Source of the DNA: Candidatus Aenigmatarchaeota archaeon
Lineage (GTDB): Archaea > Aenigmatarchaeota > Aenigmatarchaeia > CG10238-14 > SCSR01
DNA: 64,000 nucleotides
Assembly: GCA_038998625.1 (NCBI GenBank)
Contig: JAWADS010000001.1
Span: forward strand, 1-64,000
Reading direction: 5' to 3'
The number at the start of each line of letters is the position of its first letter. The first letter of the stretch is position 1. A program made the translations under genes and the position numbers. The notes beneath the pieces were generated by a model. It saw nothing but the letters and a program-made list of their open reading frames with translations, was not told the DNA's origin and made no database searches. Below, in pieces: positions 1 through 11,225 of this stretch.

Positions 1-865
1 CATCTTTTTGTAGAATTCCTAAATCAGAGGCAAAAAATCCTAGCTTAATTCTTGAGTAAAATTTCAAAATTCCTTGAATGATAAAAGGAAGCATAGTTAT
101 TACAGCAGCCTTTTCCATATTTCCAATTATTGCTCCTACTCCAACTGTTGCACCTAAAGCATAAGTTAAACTATCTCCAGCAAGAATTTTGGCTGGATAA
201 AAGTTGTATTTTGCCAATCCTAACAATGAACCAAAGGTAGAAAAAAAGAGTATAGAAGCTATTAAGTTTTCATGCAGATAAGCGTATAGGCCCAGAGAAA
301 GAGTGTAAACTAAGGCCATACCAACTTCTAAAAAATTATATCCCCCCAACATATTTACCATGTTGGCAGCCCCTACGATGCCAATAGGAATTATTAATAA
401 AGGATAAAATAAGCCAAAATTTATGCTTCCTATAAAAGGTAAAGACATAGTGGTATCACCAGCCATTATAACCATTAATGGTATAGCTGCCGGCAAAGTT
501 AACAAAGGCTTTTGCCAATTTTTAAGCCCTCTTTTTCCTTCAATATAGCCTCTCATTTTAACTTGTTTTGAATTTAAATCATCAATAAATCCTGAAAACA
601 TGATCAATAAAATGCTAGTTAAGCTCGCAAAAATATAGAGTAAATCTTTATAATTATTGTAAACAAAGACTTGAATGAAAATATAAAAAAACAAACCAAA
701 AGCAACTCCTATAACCAAAGGAACGCCTGCCGAATAAGGAATTAATGGTTTATTTTTTTTGTGTACATCAGTTGTAACTAATCCAATAAATCTAAAGTAT
801 CTAATGGCGTAAGGAGTAATAAAAAATGTTGCGATAAACGAAATGAGAGCAACTTTAATAATCAT
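1..865 (-). CDS. UDP-GlcNAc:dolichyl-phosphate GlcNAc-1-phosphotransferase (GPT/AglH/MraY family), runs off window edge
   Basis: Not in ORF track. Manual translation from ATG at 865 gives MIIKVALISFIATFFITPYAIRYFRFIGLVTTDVHKKNKPLIPYSAG, then GFIDD, NMVNMLGGYNFLE and PAKILAGDS, which are GT4/MraY motifs. Confidence 0.85.
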   Translation of the reverse strand, partial: MIIKVALISFIATFFITPYAIRYFRFIGLVTTDVHKKNKPLIPYSAGVPLVIGVAFGLFFYIFIQVFVYNNYKDLLYIFASLTSILLIMFSGFIDDLNSKQVKMRGYIEGKRGLKNWQKPLLTLPAAIPLMVIMAGDTTMSLPFIGSINFGLFYPLLIIPIGIVGAANMVNMLGGYNFLEVGMALVYTLSLGLYAYLHENLIASILFFSTFGSLLGLAKYNFYPAKILAGDSLTYALGATVGVGAIIGNMEKAAVITMLPFIIQGILKFYSRIKLGFFASDLGILQKD

Positions 866-867
866 TT

Positions 868-2490
868 TTAATCCTCATATTTTATTTCATAAAGTATGTT
901 TCCACTGCAAATTCTTTGTTGAAGGCATTGCTGTAATGGAGCACCATCTTCGTAAATTATAGCAAAATTGTTTTTATTATTTTCTAGCATTTCAATAAAT
1001 TTGATAGGATAATTATCTGCATAGCCACGGTTTTCAAAATCTATACTACTTTTTTGTATGAAAAGATAATCAATTTTGTTCTCCTTCAAAACTTTTAATG
1101 TGTAGTTAACATCATAACTTAATAAAACATCTGGAATGTTAGATGCTATATTTCTCTTACAAGAATGAGCTGCATTGTGGCCCCATATGGTATATATAGT
1201 GGCATCTTTTGGTAAAATTTTATCAATTTTTTTGCAAGATTCGACAAAATCTTTCCAAGCAAATTTAATTTGAGACAAAACAGCAGTTCTTTCCATAATA
1301 CCGATAAAAATAAAATATAAAATAAGAATAGTTACTAGGATGGGAAGATATTTGTTAAAGGTTTTGATTTTCTTATAAAATTCTGAATAAAAGAGGGAGG
1401 CAACAATTGCAAAAAGTGGCGACCAAATTAATGTATATCTTGCTGTATCTTCTGCCCTTTGTGATACCCTCGGGAAAATCGCAATTAATAAAATTAAAAA
1501 AATCAAAAATATTAAAAATTCTTTCGCTCTTTTTAAATACATCAATATAAAACCTATAGAAAAAGGTAAAGCAATGAGCCAAGGATTTCCATAAGCAAAG
1601 TTAATATAATCTAGTAATCCAAAAGAAAAAACAGTTTGTTCTGTGCCAACTGGTATAGCTTGCCCTGTGAATTGATATTTTTCATCAAATTTATCTAGTC
1701 TGCAATCTGTTGTGTTAAAAAGATGAAAATAAGGTATTGTTGTACAGATTGGTGTACCATAGAGACCTAGGTTTCTGATAATAAATCCGAAAGGAATTAA
1801 AATTAAAATAATTAAGCTGGGAAAGAGCTTTTTTATTAAATTAAGATTTTTTTCTTTCAAAAATTTTAGTCCAGAATGAATAATAAACAGAGCATAAAGC
1901 GATAAGGCAACTTGATTAGTAAGTAGAGCTAAAGAAGCAAAGAGGGCGAATAAAATTAAGAATTTTTTATTTTCTTCTTTAATATAAATCAAAAATGAGA
2001 GAAGGCTAAGTGTTGAAAATAGCAAAAGTAAAGCAGCATAGTAGAAAAAAATGGTATATGTTATGACAGAAGGGAAGGCTACAACCAACAAAGAAGCAAT
2101 TAAAGCTGCATTTTCATCGTATAGTCTTTTTATAAAGACGAATACAGCTATCCCTAAGAAAAAAGTTATAAGGGGAGTTAAAATTTTTGGTATTATGTCG
2201 CTTATGCCAAAGATATAATAAAATGAAGCTAATAACAAATTCCATAAGGGAGGCCTATAAAAACCTTCTCTTATTAACGCTGTTCCTTCAAAAGGAACAT
2301 ATTTAGGATATTCTTCATGGGAAGCCATCCATTCAGATAAAGTTACATGGAATGCTTCATCACCAAAAACAATAGGATTTGGAAAAGTTGCTTGTAAGTT
2401 AAAATAGAAAAAAACGAATAGAATAACCAAAGTTATTAGAGTTATAGGCGATTTTATTTCTAATGTTATCTCCTTTTTTCCACCTTCCAA
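868..2490 (-). CDS. GT-C fold (ArnT/PMT-like) membrane glycosyltransferase
   Basis: First-loop GDE motif, RPPL motif, many TM helices, soluble C-terminal domain; divergent from aglB. Confidence 0.8.
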   Translation of the reverse strand: MEGGKKEITLEIKSPITLITLVILFVFFYFNLQATFPNPIVFGDEAFHVTLSEWMASHEEYPKYVPFEGTALIREGFYRPPLWNLLLASFYYIFGISDIIPKILTPLITFFLGIAVFVFIKRLYDENAALIASLLVVAFPSVITYTIFFYYAALLLLFSTLSLLSFLIYIKEENKKFLILFALFASLALLTNQVALSLYALFIIHSGLKFLKEKNLNLIKKLFPSLIILILIPFGFIIRNLGLYGTPICTTIPYFHLFNTTDCRLDKFDEKYQFTGQAIPVGTEQTVFSFGLLDYINFAYGNPWLIALPFSIGFILMYLKRAKEFLIFLIFLILLIAIFPRVSQRAEDTARYTLIWSPLFAIVASLFYSEFYKKIKTFNKYLPILVTILILYFIFIGIMERTAVLSQIKFAWKDFVESCKKIDKILPKDATIYTIWGHNAAHSCKRNIASNIPDVLLSYDVNYTLKVLKENKIDYLFIQKSSIDFENRGYADNYPIKFIEMLENNKNNFAIIYEDGAPLQQCLQQRICSGNILYEIKYED

Positions 2491-2584
2491 TAAACCACCA
2501 ATTTTTTATAATTTTATTTTAATCTTGTGATTATTAATTTAAACTAAAAAGAATAAAAAAGAAAGTTATTAAGAGCATGATGAA

Positions 2585-4756
2585 ATGATGCATGTTGATA
2601 TAATTTTTGATTTGATTAAGAAGAATTTCCACTTGATACTTTTAGGTTTAATTATTTATGTTGCAGTTTACCTCAGATGGTCCACATCAAATTTTGATAT
2701 AATTTTTGATTATGATCCTTGGTGGTTTTATAGACATGCCAAAACTTTGTTAGAAAATAATTTTGTTCCGCCAAAATGGGATTTGTTAAGCTATTATCCT
2801 CCTGGTAGACCAGTTGATTATCAGCTTGGTTGGAGCTATACAATAGCTACTGCATATGTTTTGGTTAAAGATTTTTTTGATATACCATTTATTAAATTTG
2901 CTGGGCTATTTGTCGCAATTTTTTCAGGACTTTCGGCAATTCCAGCTTACCTTGTTGGTAGATTAATCACAAATAAATGGGGCGGCCTAGCAACAGCTTT
3001 TTTTGCAACTATAACACCAACTTTTCTAAGCGTATCAATGGCCGGATATCCTGATAGTGATGTTGTTTATGTTTTTTATACTTTTTTAACAGTTTTTGCA
3101 ACTTTATATGCAATTCAATCTTATAAGGGAATAAAAAATAAGAAAACATGGTTTAGTATAGCCTTTGCCGTTTTTACATATTGGTTGTTTGCTTTCAATT
3201 GGAACACTAGTTGGTATATTTATTTTATATTTTTAAGTTTTATACCTATTTTAATTGTTTTCAAAATTTTCGAGTTTATAATTTCTAAAAAAGAAAAATT
3301 AGATTTCAAATTAATATTAAAAGGCGTTAAAAATATAATATTACCAATTTTATTGATAGGTATACTAGGAGAAATTTTTACAATTTTAACCTGGCAATGG
3401 CCATTTAATACAATTCCCCCCCATCAGCAATTTTTGAATGGATTTAATTTCTTAACAGGTAGAGCTTTAATTGTAAATATTTCTGTCGCTGAATTACAAC
3501 CTATTAAAAATGTATTTGATCCTCAAGAATTTAGAGATATAGTTTCTCGTGTTGGGATATATCCGATAATTTTTGGCTTTGGAACTCCTTGGCTTCCTCT
3601 ACCAATTTCTGTTCTACTTCTTCTTTTTCTTAAGTGGAGATACAAAAAAGATGTTCATATCGCGGAATACTTTGCCATAATATGGCTTTTAATTTCCCTT
3701 TGGCTTATTAGCAGGGGAATAAGATTTTCATTGCTATTTTCCATCTCAGTGGCAACAGCTGCAGGTTTTATCATTAGTAATTTAATTGATTTCGCTCGAA
3801 ATAGAAAAGATGTTTTGATAGAATCAATGATTTTCGGATTTATAATTTTTGCTCTATTTTGGCATTTTTCTGAAAATCTAAAATTCTCCTCAAATATTCG
3901 AGGTTTAGATATAGGTCAAAATTGGAAGGCAGCATTAGATTGGCTGAAAGCAAATTCAGATAAAGATACATTAGTCATGACATGGTGGGATCCTGGCCAT
4001 ATCATAACTGGATATACTGGACTAAAGGTTCATGCTGATGGGGCGCATTGTGGTCCAGATTCTTGTATCCCTTACAATCATAATATACGTATACAAGATA
4101 TGGGAAGAATTTTCTCTACTAATAGTGAAGAGGAAGCGCTTAATATTATAAGAAAATATACTTCTTTAACTAAGGAACAATGCCAAGAAGTTAGAAATAA
4201 ATTTGATGGTTTAATGCCAGAAAATGCGTGCGATCCCGTTAAAAAAGTATATTTAATTGCAAGTAACGATTTGATTGGTAAATATTATTGGTTAAGTTAT
4301 TTTGGCAGTGGTGGTCAAGGTAGGAATTATGTAAATTGTTTCCTTTCTCAAGAAGCATCTCAAAGAGTTGGTACCATAACTTATTCTTGTGCTGCAGGCT
4401 TTCAAATGGAAGTGAGTGTTTTACAAACAAATCAAACTTTATATTTTGTAATGAACGCACCACAGATTGGTATAAGAAATACAATAATTAGGGATGCCAT
4501 ATTTACCCAACAAAATCAGCTAATTGTTTTAAGGCAAAATAACATAACTCAGAATATTATAGATGGCCTTTTTTATATTGATCCTAGTTTTCAATATGCT
4601 TTATTTATGGAAGCTTCTGTAAGGGATGCGTTATTTACGAATATGTTTTTCTTTGATGGCAAAGGAGTTCAAGAATTAAACATCCCGCGATTAGAAAAAT
4701 TTAATTTGGTTTTTAAAAATCCTGAAATAAGGATTTATGAAGTAAGTTTTATTTAA
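2585..4756 (+). CDS. aglB: Oligosaccharyltransferase AglB (STT3 family)
   Basis: DYDPWW, DSD, SVAE, WWDPG and DLIGK motifs; multi-TM N-terminal half. Confidence 0.95.
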   Translation: MMHVDIIFDLIKKNFHLILLGLIIYVAVYLRWSTSNFDIIFDYDPWWFYRHAKTLLENNFVPPKWDLLSYYPPGRPVDYQLGWSYTIATAYVLVKDFFDIPFIKFAGLFVAIFSGLSAIPAYLVGRLITNKWGGLATAFFATITPTFLSVSMAGYPDSDVVYVFYTFLTVFATLYAIQSYKGIKNKKTWFSIAFAVFTYWLFAFNWNTSWYIYFIFLSFIPILIVFKIFEFIISKKEKLDFKLILKGVKNIILPILLIGILGEIFTILTWQWPFNTIPPHQQFLNGFNFLTGRALIVNISVAELQPIKNVFDPQEFRDIVSRVGIYPIIFGFGTPWLPLPISVLLLLFLKWRYKKDVHIAEYFAIIWLLISLWLISRGIRFSLLFSISVATAAGFIISNLIDFARNRKDVLIESMIFGFIIFALFWHFSENLKFSSNIRGLDIGQNWKAALDWLKANSDKDTLVMTWWDPGHIITGYTGLKVHADGAHCGPDSCIPYNHNIRIQDMGRIFSTNSEEEALNIIRKYTSLTKEQCQEVRNKFDGLMPENACDPVKKVYLIASNDLIGKYYWLSYFGSGGQGRNYVNCFLSQEASQRVGTITYSCAAGFQMEVSVLQTNQTLYFVMNAPQIGIRNTIIRDAIFTQQNQLIVLRQNNITQNIIDGLFYIDPSFQYALFMEASVRDALFTNMFFFDGKGVQELNIPRLEKFNLVFKNPEIRIYEVSFI

Positions 4757-4791
4757 TAAAAATTTAAACTTTAATCTTTATATTCTGAAGT

Positions 4792-5718
4792 ATGTTTCCT
4801 ATTTCTATAATAGGATGCGGTTATGTAGGCTATAATTTAGGGAGGGCATTAAAGATTATAGGTTATCCTACAATTTTTTATGATGTGGATGAAAAACGTT
4901 TAAGGTTTCTTGAAAAAGAAAATTTTAATGTGACAAAAGATTTGAACAGTGCTATACAAGATTCCGAATTATCCTTCATATGTGTTCCGACTCCTTTAAC
5001 ACAAGAAAAATATAAAAATTATAGAAGGTTTGATACAAGCATAGTAAAGAATGTTTGTCGCGACATCTATAATTATGCTTTAAAAAAATCTAAACATACC
5101 ATAGTTATAAAAAGCACAATTCCACCAAAAACAGTTGACAAAATCCTCAGTGATATAGAGAAAAATGAAAAAATCTATGAGAATATCGAGATTTTAGTAA
5201 ATCCAGAATTCTTAACAGAAATTTCAGAATCTTGGGATGAAAGTTTTGAGTATAAAAAAGATATTTTTACAGAAGATAGATATGTGATAGGAACCAATAA
5301 TCCTAAATCAGACGGTACTCAAAAACTGATACAAATTTATAGGCATTTCAACGAAGTATCTTTACAACTTTATAATAAAAAAAATTCAATAGAATTAGTT
5401 AGTATAGATGAAGCTTGTTGGATTAAATTGTTATCTAATGCCATCCTTGCAACAAAAATTTCTGCCTTTAATTCAGTTTATGAATTGGCTAAGAATTTAA
5501 ATATAGATCCACATAATACGGCTAGAATTGTAGGTATGGATAGCAGAATAGGTATGTATGGCACTATCCACGGAAAAGCATTTGGAGGCAAGTGTTTGCC
5601 TAAGGATTTAGAAGGGTTTTTAGGATTTCTTGAGGAACACGCCTCTGTTCCTGAATTTCTTAAAATTGTTTTTCAAATTAATGAATATTTTAAATCAAAA
5701 TATGGTGTAAGGGAATGA
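4792..5718 (+). CDS. UDP-glucose/GDP-mannose dehydrogenase family, short form
   Basis: GCGYVG Rossmann motif, CVPTP, IKST, NPEFL, catalytic FGGKCLPKD; C-terminal domain absent. Confidence 0.85.
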   Translation: MFPISIIGCGYVGYNLGRALKIIGYPTIFYDVDEKRLRFLEKENFNVTKDLNSAIQDSELSFICVPTPLTQEKYKNYRRFDTSIVKNVCRDIYNYALKKSKHTIVIKSTIPPKTVDKILSDIEKNEKIYENIEILVNPEFLTEISESWDESFEYKKDIFTEDRYVIGTNNPKSDGTQKLIQIYRHFNEVSLQLYNKKNSIELVSIDEACWIKLLSNAILATKISAFNSVYELAKNLNIDPHNTARIVGMDSRIGMYGTIHGKAFGGKCLPKDLEGFLGFLEEHASVPEFLKIVFQINEYFKSKYGVRE

Positions 5719-6542
5719 TTGATACAACTGTAATAACTGCAGCTGGCTTAGGTACAAGATTATCACCAGCTACAAAAGATAAACCTAAAGAAATGTTGCC
5801 AATATTAGTTTATAATAATAAAAATCCATTTTTAGTACCTTTGGTTCAACTTATATTTGAAAAACTTTATGAAAGTGGAATAAGAAATTTTTATTTTGTT
5901 GTCGGAAGAGGTAAAAGAGCCATTCAAGATCATTTTTCTATCAATTATGATTATATCGATTTGCTAAGAAAAAAAAGAAGATTAGATGAAAGTGATTATA
6001 TTGAAAGTTTTTATGAAAAAATTAAAAAATCTAACATAGTTTGGATTAATCAATCTGAGCAAAGAGGATTTGGCGATGCTGTTTATCAGTGTAGAAATTT
6101 AATAAATAAAGATTTTTTAGTTAACGCTGGCGATACTTTGATAATTTCTAAACATGGTAAAATTTATAAAAAACTTTTTGATTTTCATCAAAAAACATGT
6201 TCTGATGCAACTATTTTAGCTTTAAGGTCAAAAACCCCAGAAAAGTACGGCGTTATAATGCCTGTCGGCAATAGAGTAAAATATATCGTGGAGAAGCCTA
6301 AAAAACCACAATCAAACATTGTTGCAAGTGGTGTATATCTTTTTAATCCAATTATTTTTAAAGCTATCGAGCATGTCGAGGAAGATTCTAATAATGAAAT
6401 ACAACTTACAGATGCTATATCGAAGTTAATTGAATGGGAAATGGAAGTTAACTTTTTAATGATGTCAAAAAATGATATTAGAATAGATATTGGTACCCCA
6501 GAAGATTTTTCTTCCGCATTAAGCAAAAGGCTTAGATTATGA
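5715..6542 (+). CDS. galU: UTP-glucose-1-phosphate uridylyltransferase / sugar-phosphate nucleotidyltransferase
   Basis: AAGLGTRLSPATKDKPKEMLP, VEKP, EIQLTDAI, DIGT. Confidence 0.85.
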   Translation: MIDTTVITAAGLGTRLSPATKDKPKEMLPILVYNNKNPFLVPLVQLIFEKLYESGIRNFYFVVGRGKRAIQDHFSINYDYIDLLRKKRRLDESDYIESFYEKIKKSNIVWINQSEQRGFGDAVYQCRNLINKDFLVNAGDTLIISKHGKIYKKLFDFHQKTCSDATILALRSKTPEKYGVIMPVGNRVKYIVEKPKKPQSNIVASGVYLFNPIIFKAIEHVEEDSNNEIQLTDAISKLIEWEMEVNFLMMSKNDIRIDIGTPEDFSSALSKRLRL

Positions 6543-7489
6543 AAGTTCTAATAACAGGTGGTAATGGTTTTATTGGAAGTCATTTATCAGATTTTCTTTT
6601 TAATTTAGGTTATGAGCTAACTCTTTTTGATCTGAATTTCAATAGAAATACTAATCATTTAAATGTAAATAAGGTTGTGGGTGATATCAGAAAGTTTAAA
6701 GATTTAAAAAGAGTTGTGAAAGGACAAGATGTTATTATCCATCTTGCTGCAGTTTCGAGGGTGAAGTGGGGAGAAGAAAATCCAATAAAATGTATTAATG
6801 TTAATGTTTATGGTACTTTAAATTTACTTAATACAATTGCTAAGGTAAATCCAAATGCTTTTTTAATCTTTGGCTCTAGTCGTGAAGTTTATGGAGATCC
6901 GCTAAAACTACCGGTTGTAGAAAATCATCCAAAAAACCCAAAATCTATTTATGGTATGACAAAATTAATGGGTGAAAATTTGATTAAGATTTTTAATAAA
7001 AAATACGGATTGAATTATTTTATTGTTAGATTTTCAAATGTCTATGGAAGCGAAAGAGATCATTTAGACAGAGTTATACCTAAATTTATTTTAAATGCTC
7101 TTTCAGGAAAAGACTTAGAAGTTTATGGTAATGGTGTATTTGATTTTACTTATATTGATGATGTTATTGGTGCTTTAAAAACAATAATTAAAAAAACACA
7201 GAATGATGATATTGTTAATGATGAAATTCATATTACAACAGGAAGAGGAACTTCTCTTTTGGAGCTCGCAAAAAAAATTATTAAAATGTGTCATAGCGAA
7301 TCAGAAATAAAAAAATTTAAGGCCGAAGATTTTTATGTAAGTAATTTTGTGGGCGATTATTCTAAGGCAAAAAAATTATTAAATTATAAACCTAGAGTTT
7401 TTTTAAATCATGGATTAAAGATTTTAAAAAATAGATTAAAGAAGGTTCTTTATGAAGAAGATACTCGATTTGGGATGTGGAAGAAATAA
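6539..7489 (+). CDS. NAD-dependent epimerase/dehydratase (extended SDR)
   Basis: TGGNGFIG, HLAA, YGMTK, RFSNVYG. Confidence 0.9.
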   Translation: MKVLITGGNGFIGSHLSDFLFNLGYELTLFDLNFNRNTNHLNVNKVVGDIRKFKDLKRVVKGQDVIIHLAAVSRVKWGEENPIKCINVNVYGTLNLLNTIAKVNPNAFLIFGSSREVYGDPLKLPVVENHPKNPKSIYGMTKLMGENLIKIFNKKYGLNYFIVRFSNVYGSERDHLDRVIPKFILNALSGKDLEVYGNGVFDFTYIDDVIGALKTIIKKTQNDDIVNDEIHITTGRGTSLLELAKKIIKMCHSESEIKKFKAEDFYVSNFVGDYSKAKKLLNYKPRVFLNHGLKILKNRLKKVLYEEDTRFGMWKK

Positions 7490-8003
7490 GTATAAAACTA
7501 ATGAAGCTGCTATAGTAGTAGGTTTAGATAAATATCCTTTCGAAGGCGTTGACATAGTTCATGATTTAGAAAAAACACCATTACCTTTTAACGATAATGA
7601 GTTTGATGAAATTATAGCTTCACATATTCTTGAACATATACAAAATTTTATTCCTTTAATGGAAGAGTTGCATAGAATTTTAAAACCTAGCGGTATATTG
7701 CACATATATGTCCCTCATGCAAGCGATTTGGGTGCCTTTGGTCACATAGATCATAAAAGATTTTTTACTATAAGGACTTTTTCTCATTTTACTGAAAATA
7801 ATCCTGAAAATCAATATTCAAAGGCTAGATTTAAGATTTTAAAAGTTAAGTTGAATTTTATTGCAAGAACTTCTACTTCAAATAAATTTTTGAATTTTGT
7901 TTTTAATCCTATTTTGAATTTTAATCATAGATTTTATGAAAAGTTCTTATTTAAACTAATACCTGCGGGAGAAATTTATGTTCAAATGCAACCTATAAAA
8001 TAG
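7452..8003 (+). CDS. Class I SAM-dependent methyltransferase
   Basis: LDLGCG motif I, HILEH, RILKPSG. Confidence 0.85.
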   Translation: MKKILDLGCGRNKYKTNEAAIVVGLDKYPFEGVDIVHDLEKTPLPFNDNEFDEIIASHILEHIQNFIPLMEELHRILKPSGILHIYVPHASDLGAFGHIDHKRFFTIRTFSHFTENNPENQYSKARFKILKVKLNFIARTSTSNKFLNFVFNPILNFNHRFYEKFLFKLIPAGEIYVQMQPIK

Positions 8004-8013
8004 GTTTTGTTAT

Positions 8014-8961
8014 ATGATTAAAGTTTCAGTTATTATATGTACAAGAAATAGACTAGACGAATTAAAAAAATCATTACAACGTGTTTTAAATCAAAAGTTT
8101 AAAAATTATGAAGTAATTGTTGTGGATAATGCAAGTACAGATGTTAGTATTAAAGACTATGTTCAAAAAATGTCCAAAATATCAAAAAAGCTAAAGTACA
8201 TATCAGCTCCAAAAAAACCAAATTTGCCATATGCTAGAAATGTTGGTTTAAAGTATGCTAAAGGTGAAATAATAGCATTCATTGATGATGATTCTTTTGT
8301 TAGTAAGAATTGGATAAAAGAGGTTGTCAATTGTTTTAAGGATGAAAGTGTTGGAGCAGCTGGAGGAAGAGTAGTTATTCCAAGAAATTCTAATTTATTT
8401 GAAAATGAATATTTGAAAAGCAAAGGATTGAAAAGATTTTTTTATGAAATGTTTGCTTTATTTATAGACTATTATGGTAAACCAGGTTCAATCAAAAATT
8501 CTGGTCAAGTAGTCGCTTTCTTTGATTATAAAAAATTTATTTATATCGATCACGTATGGGGATGTAACATGTTTTTTAGAAAAGATGCTTTAGAACGCGC
8601 TGGTGGATTTGACGAAGCATATGAAAATTATCCATTAAGAGAAGATACAGATATGTGTGTTAGAATAAAAAAATTAGGTTATAAAATTCTTTTTAACCCT
8701 AAAGCTAAAGTTTTTCACAAATTATCAAGAAAAGAAGTATTTCCTAGAATGAATTTTTATTATAGAAATAAACATCACATTTATTTTGTTTTTAAAAATA
8801 AACTGATAAAAGGTTTCTCAGGTTGGATAAAGTTTATATTACAGCAAATTTCAGAAGTTTTATTTTACTTTTTATATTCAATGATTAAAAATAAACCTAG
8901 TATTTTGATTGATTCTTTTAAAGGAAAAATTGATGGTTTTAGAACAATAAAATACTTATAA
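8014..8961 (+). CDS. Glycosyltransferase family 2
   Basis: SVIICTRNR, VVDNAS, FIDDD, GCNM, EDTD. Confidence 0.9.
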   Translation: MIKVSVIICTRNRLDELKKSLQRVLNQKFKNYEVIVVDNASTDVSIKDYVQKMSKISKKLKYISAPKKPNLPYARNVGLKYAKGEIIAFIDDDSFVSKNWIKEVVNCFKDESVGAAGGRVVIPRNSNLFENEYLKSKGLKRFFYEMFALFIDYYGKPGSIKNSGQVVAFFDYKKFIYIDHVWGCNMFFRKDALERAGGFDEAYENYPLREDTDMCVRIKKLGYKILFNPKAKVFHKLSRKEVFPRMNFYYRNKHHIYFVFKNKLIKGFSGWIKFILQQISEVLFYFLYSMIKNKPSILIDSFKGKIDGFRTIKYL

Positions 8962-8986
8962 TAAGTAAAAAAATTTAATTTTAATT

Positions 8987-9193
8987 ATGACATTCCCCTT
9001 AGCACCTTTTGAGAGAATATTAAAAAAAGCTGGAGCAAAAAGAGTTTCTAAAGCTGCAATGGAAGAATTCGCTAAAGTTATGGAAGATAAGTTGCTTCAA
9101 GTAGCAACAGAAGCTGTTACTCTAGCGAAGCATGCCGGCAGGAAAACTATTCTAGGGGAAGATATAAGACTAGCTAAAAAGAAATTTGTTTAA
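8987..9193 (+). CDS. Archaeal histone (HMf family)
   Basis: 68 aa; [18 protein letters not shown] and [14 protein letters not shown] histone fold. Confidence 0.95.
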   Translation: MTFPLAPFERILKKAGAKRVSKAAMEEFAKVMEDKLLQVATEAVTLAKHAGRKTILGEDIRLAKKKFV

Positions 9194-9217
9194 ACTATAA
9201 TCAGTTAAGTTTAAATT

Positions 9218-10246
9218 TTGTTTTTGTTAAAGAATAAAGTGTCTTTAGAAGAAATTGTTGCTGAAATTGAGTTAAAATCGAATTTGTCTAAAGAAGAAAT
9301 TTTAGATAAAATTAATAAAAAATACGAGGAACTTTCTGGATTAATTACAAAAGAAGGTGCTGCTTATATAGTTGCTAGGGAGCTTAATGTTGATTTAGCT
9401 GTTGAGAAAAAAAGGAGATTGCAAGCGAAAAACATTTTTCCAGGGATGAAAAACATAAATTTTGTCGGTAGAGTTTTCAAGATTTCTCCTATAAATGAAT
9501 TTTTAAGACAAGGTGGAAGTAAAGGTAAAGTATGCAATCTTTTTATTGGGGACGAAACCGGATTTGTCAAGCTACCATTATGGAATGATCAAGTAAAAAT
9601 TTTAGAGGATAGGCTAATTCAAGTAGGGGATTTGATTCAAATAACCAATGGAATAGCTAGGGAAAATGTTTATGGTGATTTAGAAATTGTTCTAGGAAGA
9701 TTTGGTCATATACATGCTATAGAAAATTCCGAAGAATTTCCTTCAGCTGAAGAGCTTAATAACAAGTTTTTTTCCATTCCAAATAAAAGAATTTTTATAA
9801 AAGATGTTAAAGAGGGCTATAATTTAATTATCGGAACTATTGTTCATCTATTCAAAAGCAAGTTTATTTTTGAGGTTTGTTCGATATGTGGTTCGCCTTT
9901 ATCTAAAAAGAGATGCTCAGTTCATGGCGGTGCGGAGGCAAATCAAGCTTTAATGATTTCAGGAATAATAGACGATGGCACAGAAAACTTAAGATTTGTT
10001 TTGTTCAGGGAATTGGCTGAGAAATTGCTGGGATCGAAGGTAACAGAATTTTTGGAAATAGAAGAGGGCAAGCGATATGAATTTGTAAAAGGTAAAATAT
10101 TAGGAAAGGAAGTAGAATTTCTTGGTAGGGTTAAAAAATCCAATATAACGAATGATTGGGAAATGATAGTTAGCGAGGTAAAAGATTTAAATGCTCTGGA
10201 AGAGAGTAAGAAATTAGTTGAAGAGTTAGAATTAATATTAAGGTGA
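9218..10246 (+). CDS. rpa: Replication protein A (OB folds plus Zn finger)
   Basis: GDETG..KLPLW OB fold, CSICG..CSVH zinc finger, IDDGTE; true start may be the GTG at 9239. Confidence 0.85.
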   Translation: MFLLKNKVSLEEIVAEIELKSNLSKEEILDKINKKYEELSGLITKEGAAYIVARELNVDLAVEKKRRLQAKNIFPGMKNINFVGRVFKISPINEFLRQGGSKGKVCNLFIGDETGFVKLPLWNDQVKILEDRLIQVGDLIQITNGIARENVYGDLEIVLGRFGHIHAIENSEEFPSAEELNNKFFSIPNKRIFIKDVKEGYNLIIGTIVHLFKSKFIFEVCSICGSPLSKKRCSVHGGAEANQALMISGIIDDGTENLRFVLFRELAEKLLGSKVTEFLEIEEGKRYEFVKGKILGKEVEFLGRVKKSNITNDWEMIVSEVKDLNALEESKKLVEELELILR

Positions 10247-10250
10247 CAAT

Positions 10251-11198
10251 TTGGTCAAAAAAGAGATAAAATTGGAAGATATTCCCGGGGTAGGAAGTAA
10301 AATTGCTGAGAAATTAAGAAGTGTTGGCTTTTCTGATCCTATGACTATAGCAGTATCTTCCCCTGCGGACTTGGCTGTTATTGCCGAAATAGGTGAAGGT
10401 CAGGCCGCTAAAATAATTGCTAGTGTTAGGGAAATGTTAGAGATAGGTTTTGAAACCGCTGATAAGGTAATGGAAAGGAGGCAAAAAATAGCGAAAATAA
10501 CTACGGGTAGTAAAAATTTAGATAATCTTTTAGGGGGAGGAGTTGAAACCCAAAGTATAACAGAGGCATATGGTCCTTTTGGTTCAGGAAAAACACAACT
10601 AGGTTTCCAACTTTCAGTTAATGTTCAACTTCCTCCAGAAAAAGGTGGTTTAGATGGAGCATGTGCTTTTATAGATACAGAAAATACTTTTAGGCCTGAG
10701 AGAATAATCCAAATAGCGAAAAAATTAAAACTAGATCCAGAAAAAGTTTTAAAGAATATTTTTGTCACAAGGGCCTACAATTCTGAGCACCAAATGTTAA
10801 TAGTCGAAAAACTACATGATTTGATAAAAGAAAAAAATGTTAGATTAATTGTTATCGACTCCTTAACTTCTCATTTTCGAGCTGACTTTGTGGGAAGAGG
10901 TGAGCTAGCTGAAAGGCAACAAAAACTCAATAAACATTTACATACTCTTCAAAGATTAGCTGATGCATATAATTTAGCAGTATATGTAACAAATCAAGTA
11001 TTGGCAGACCCTTCAGTTCTTTTTGGAGATCCCATAAGGGCTGTAGGAGGACATGTTTTGGCCCACATGTCTGGAGTAAGGATTTACCTGAGAAGAGGTA
11101 GAGATGGATTAAGAGTTGCTAGAATGATTGACGCTCCCCATTTAGTAGAAGGAGAATGTGTTTTCAAGATTACTGATGCAGGAATAACTGATGCTTAA
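10251..11198 (+). CDS. radA: DNA repair/recombination protein RadA
   Basis: N-terminal Hh[10 protein letters not shown] Walker [22 protein letters not shown]. Confidence 0.97.
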   Translation: MVKKEIKLEDIPGVGSKIAEKLRSVGFSDPMTIAVSSPADLAVIAEIGEGQAAKIIASVREMLEIGFETADKVMERRQKIAKITTGSKNLDNLLGGGVETQSITEAYGPFGSGKTQLGFQLSVNVQLPPEKGGLDGACAFIDTENTFRPERIIQIAKKLKLDPEKVLKNIFVTRAYNSEHQMLIVEKLHDLIKEKNVRLIVIDSLTSHFRADFVGRGELAERQQKLNKHLHTLQRLADAYNLAVYVTNQVLADPSVLFGDPIRAVGGHVLAHMSGVRIYLRRGRDGLRVARMIDAPHLVEGECVFKITDAGITDA

Positions 11199-11225
11199 AT
11201 TATTTTTTACCAATAAAATTCAGTT

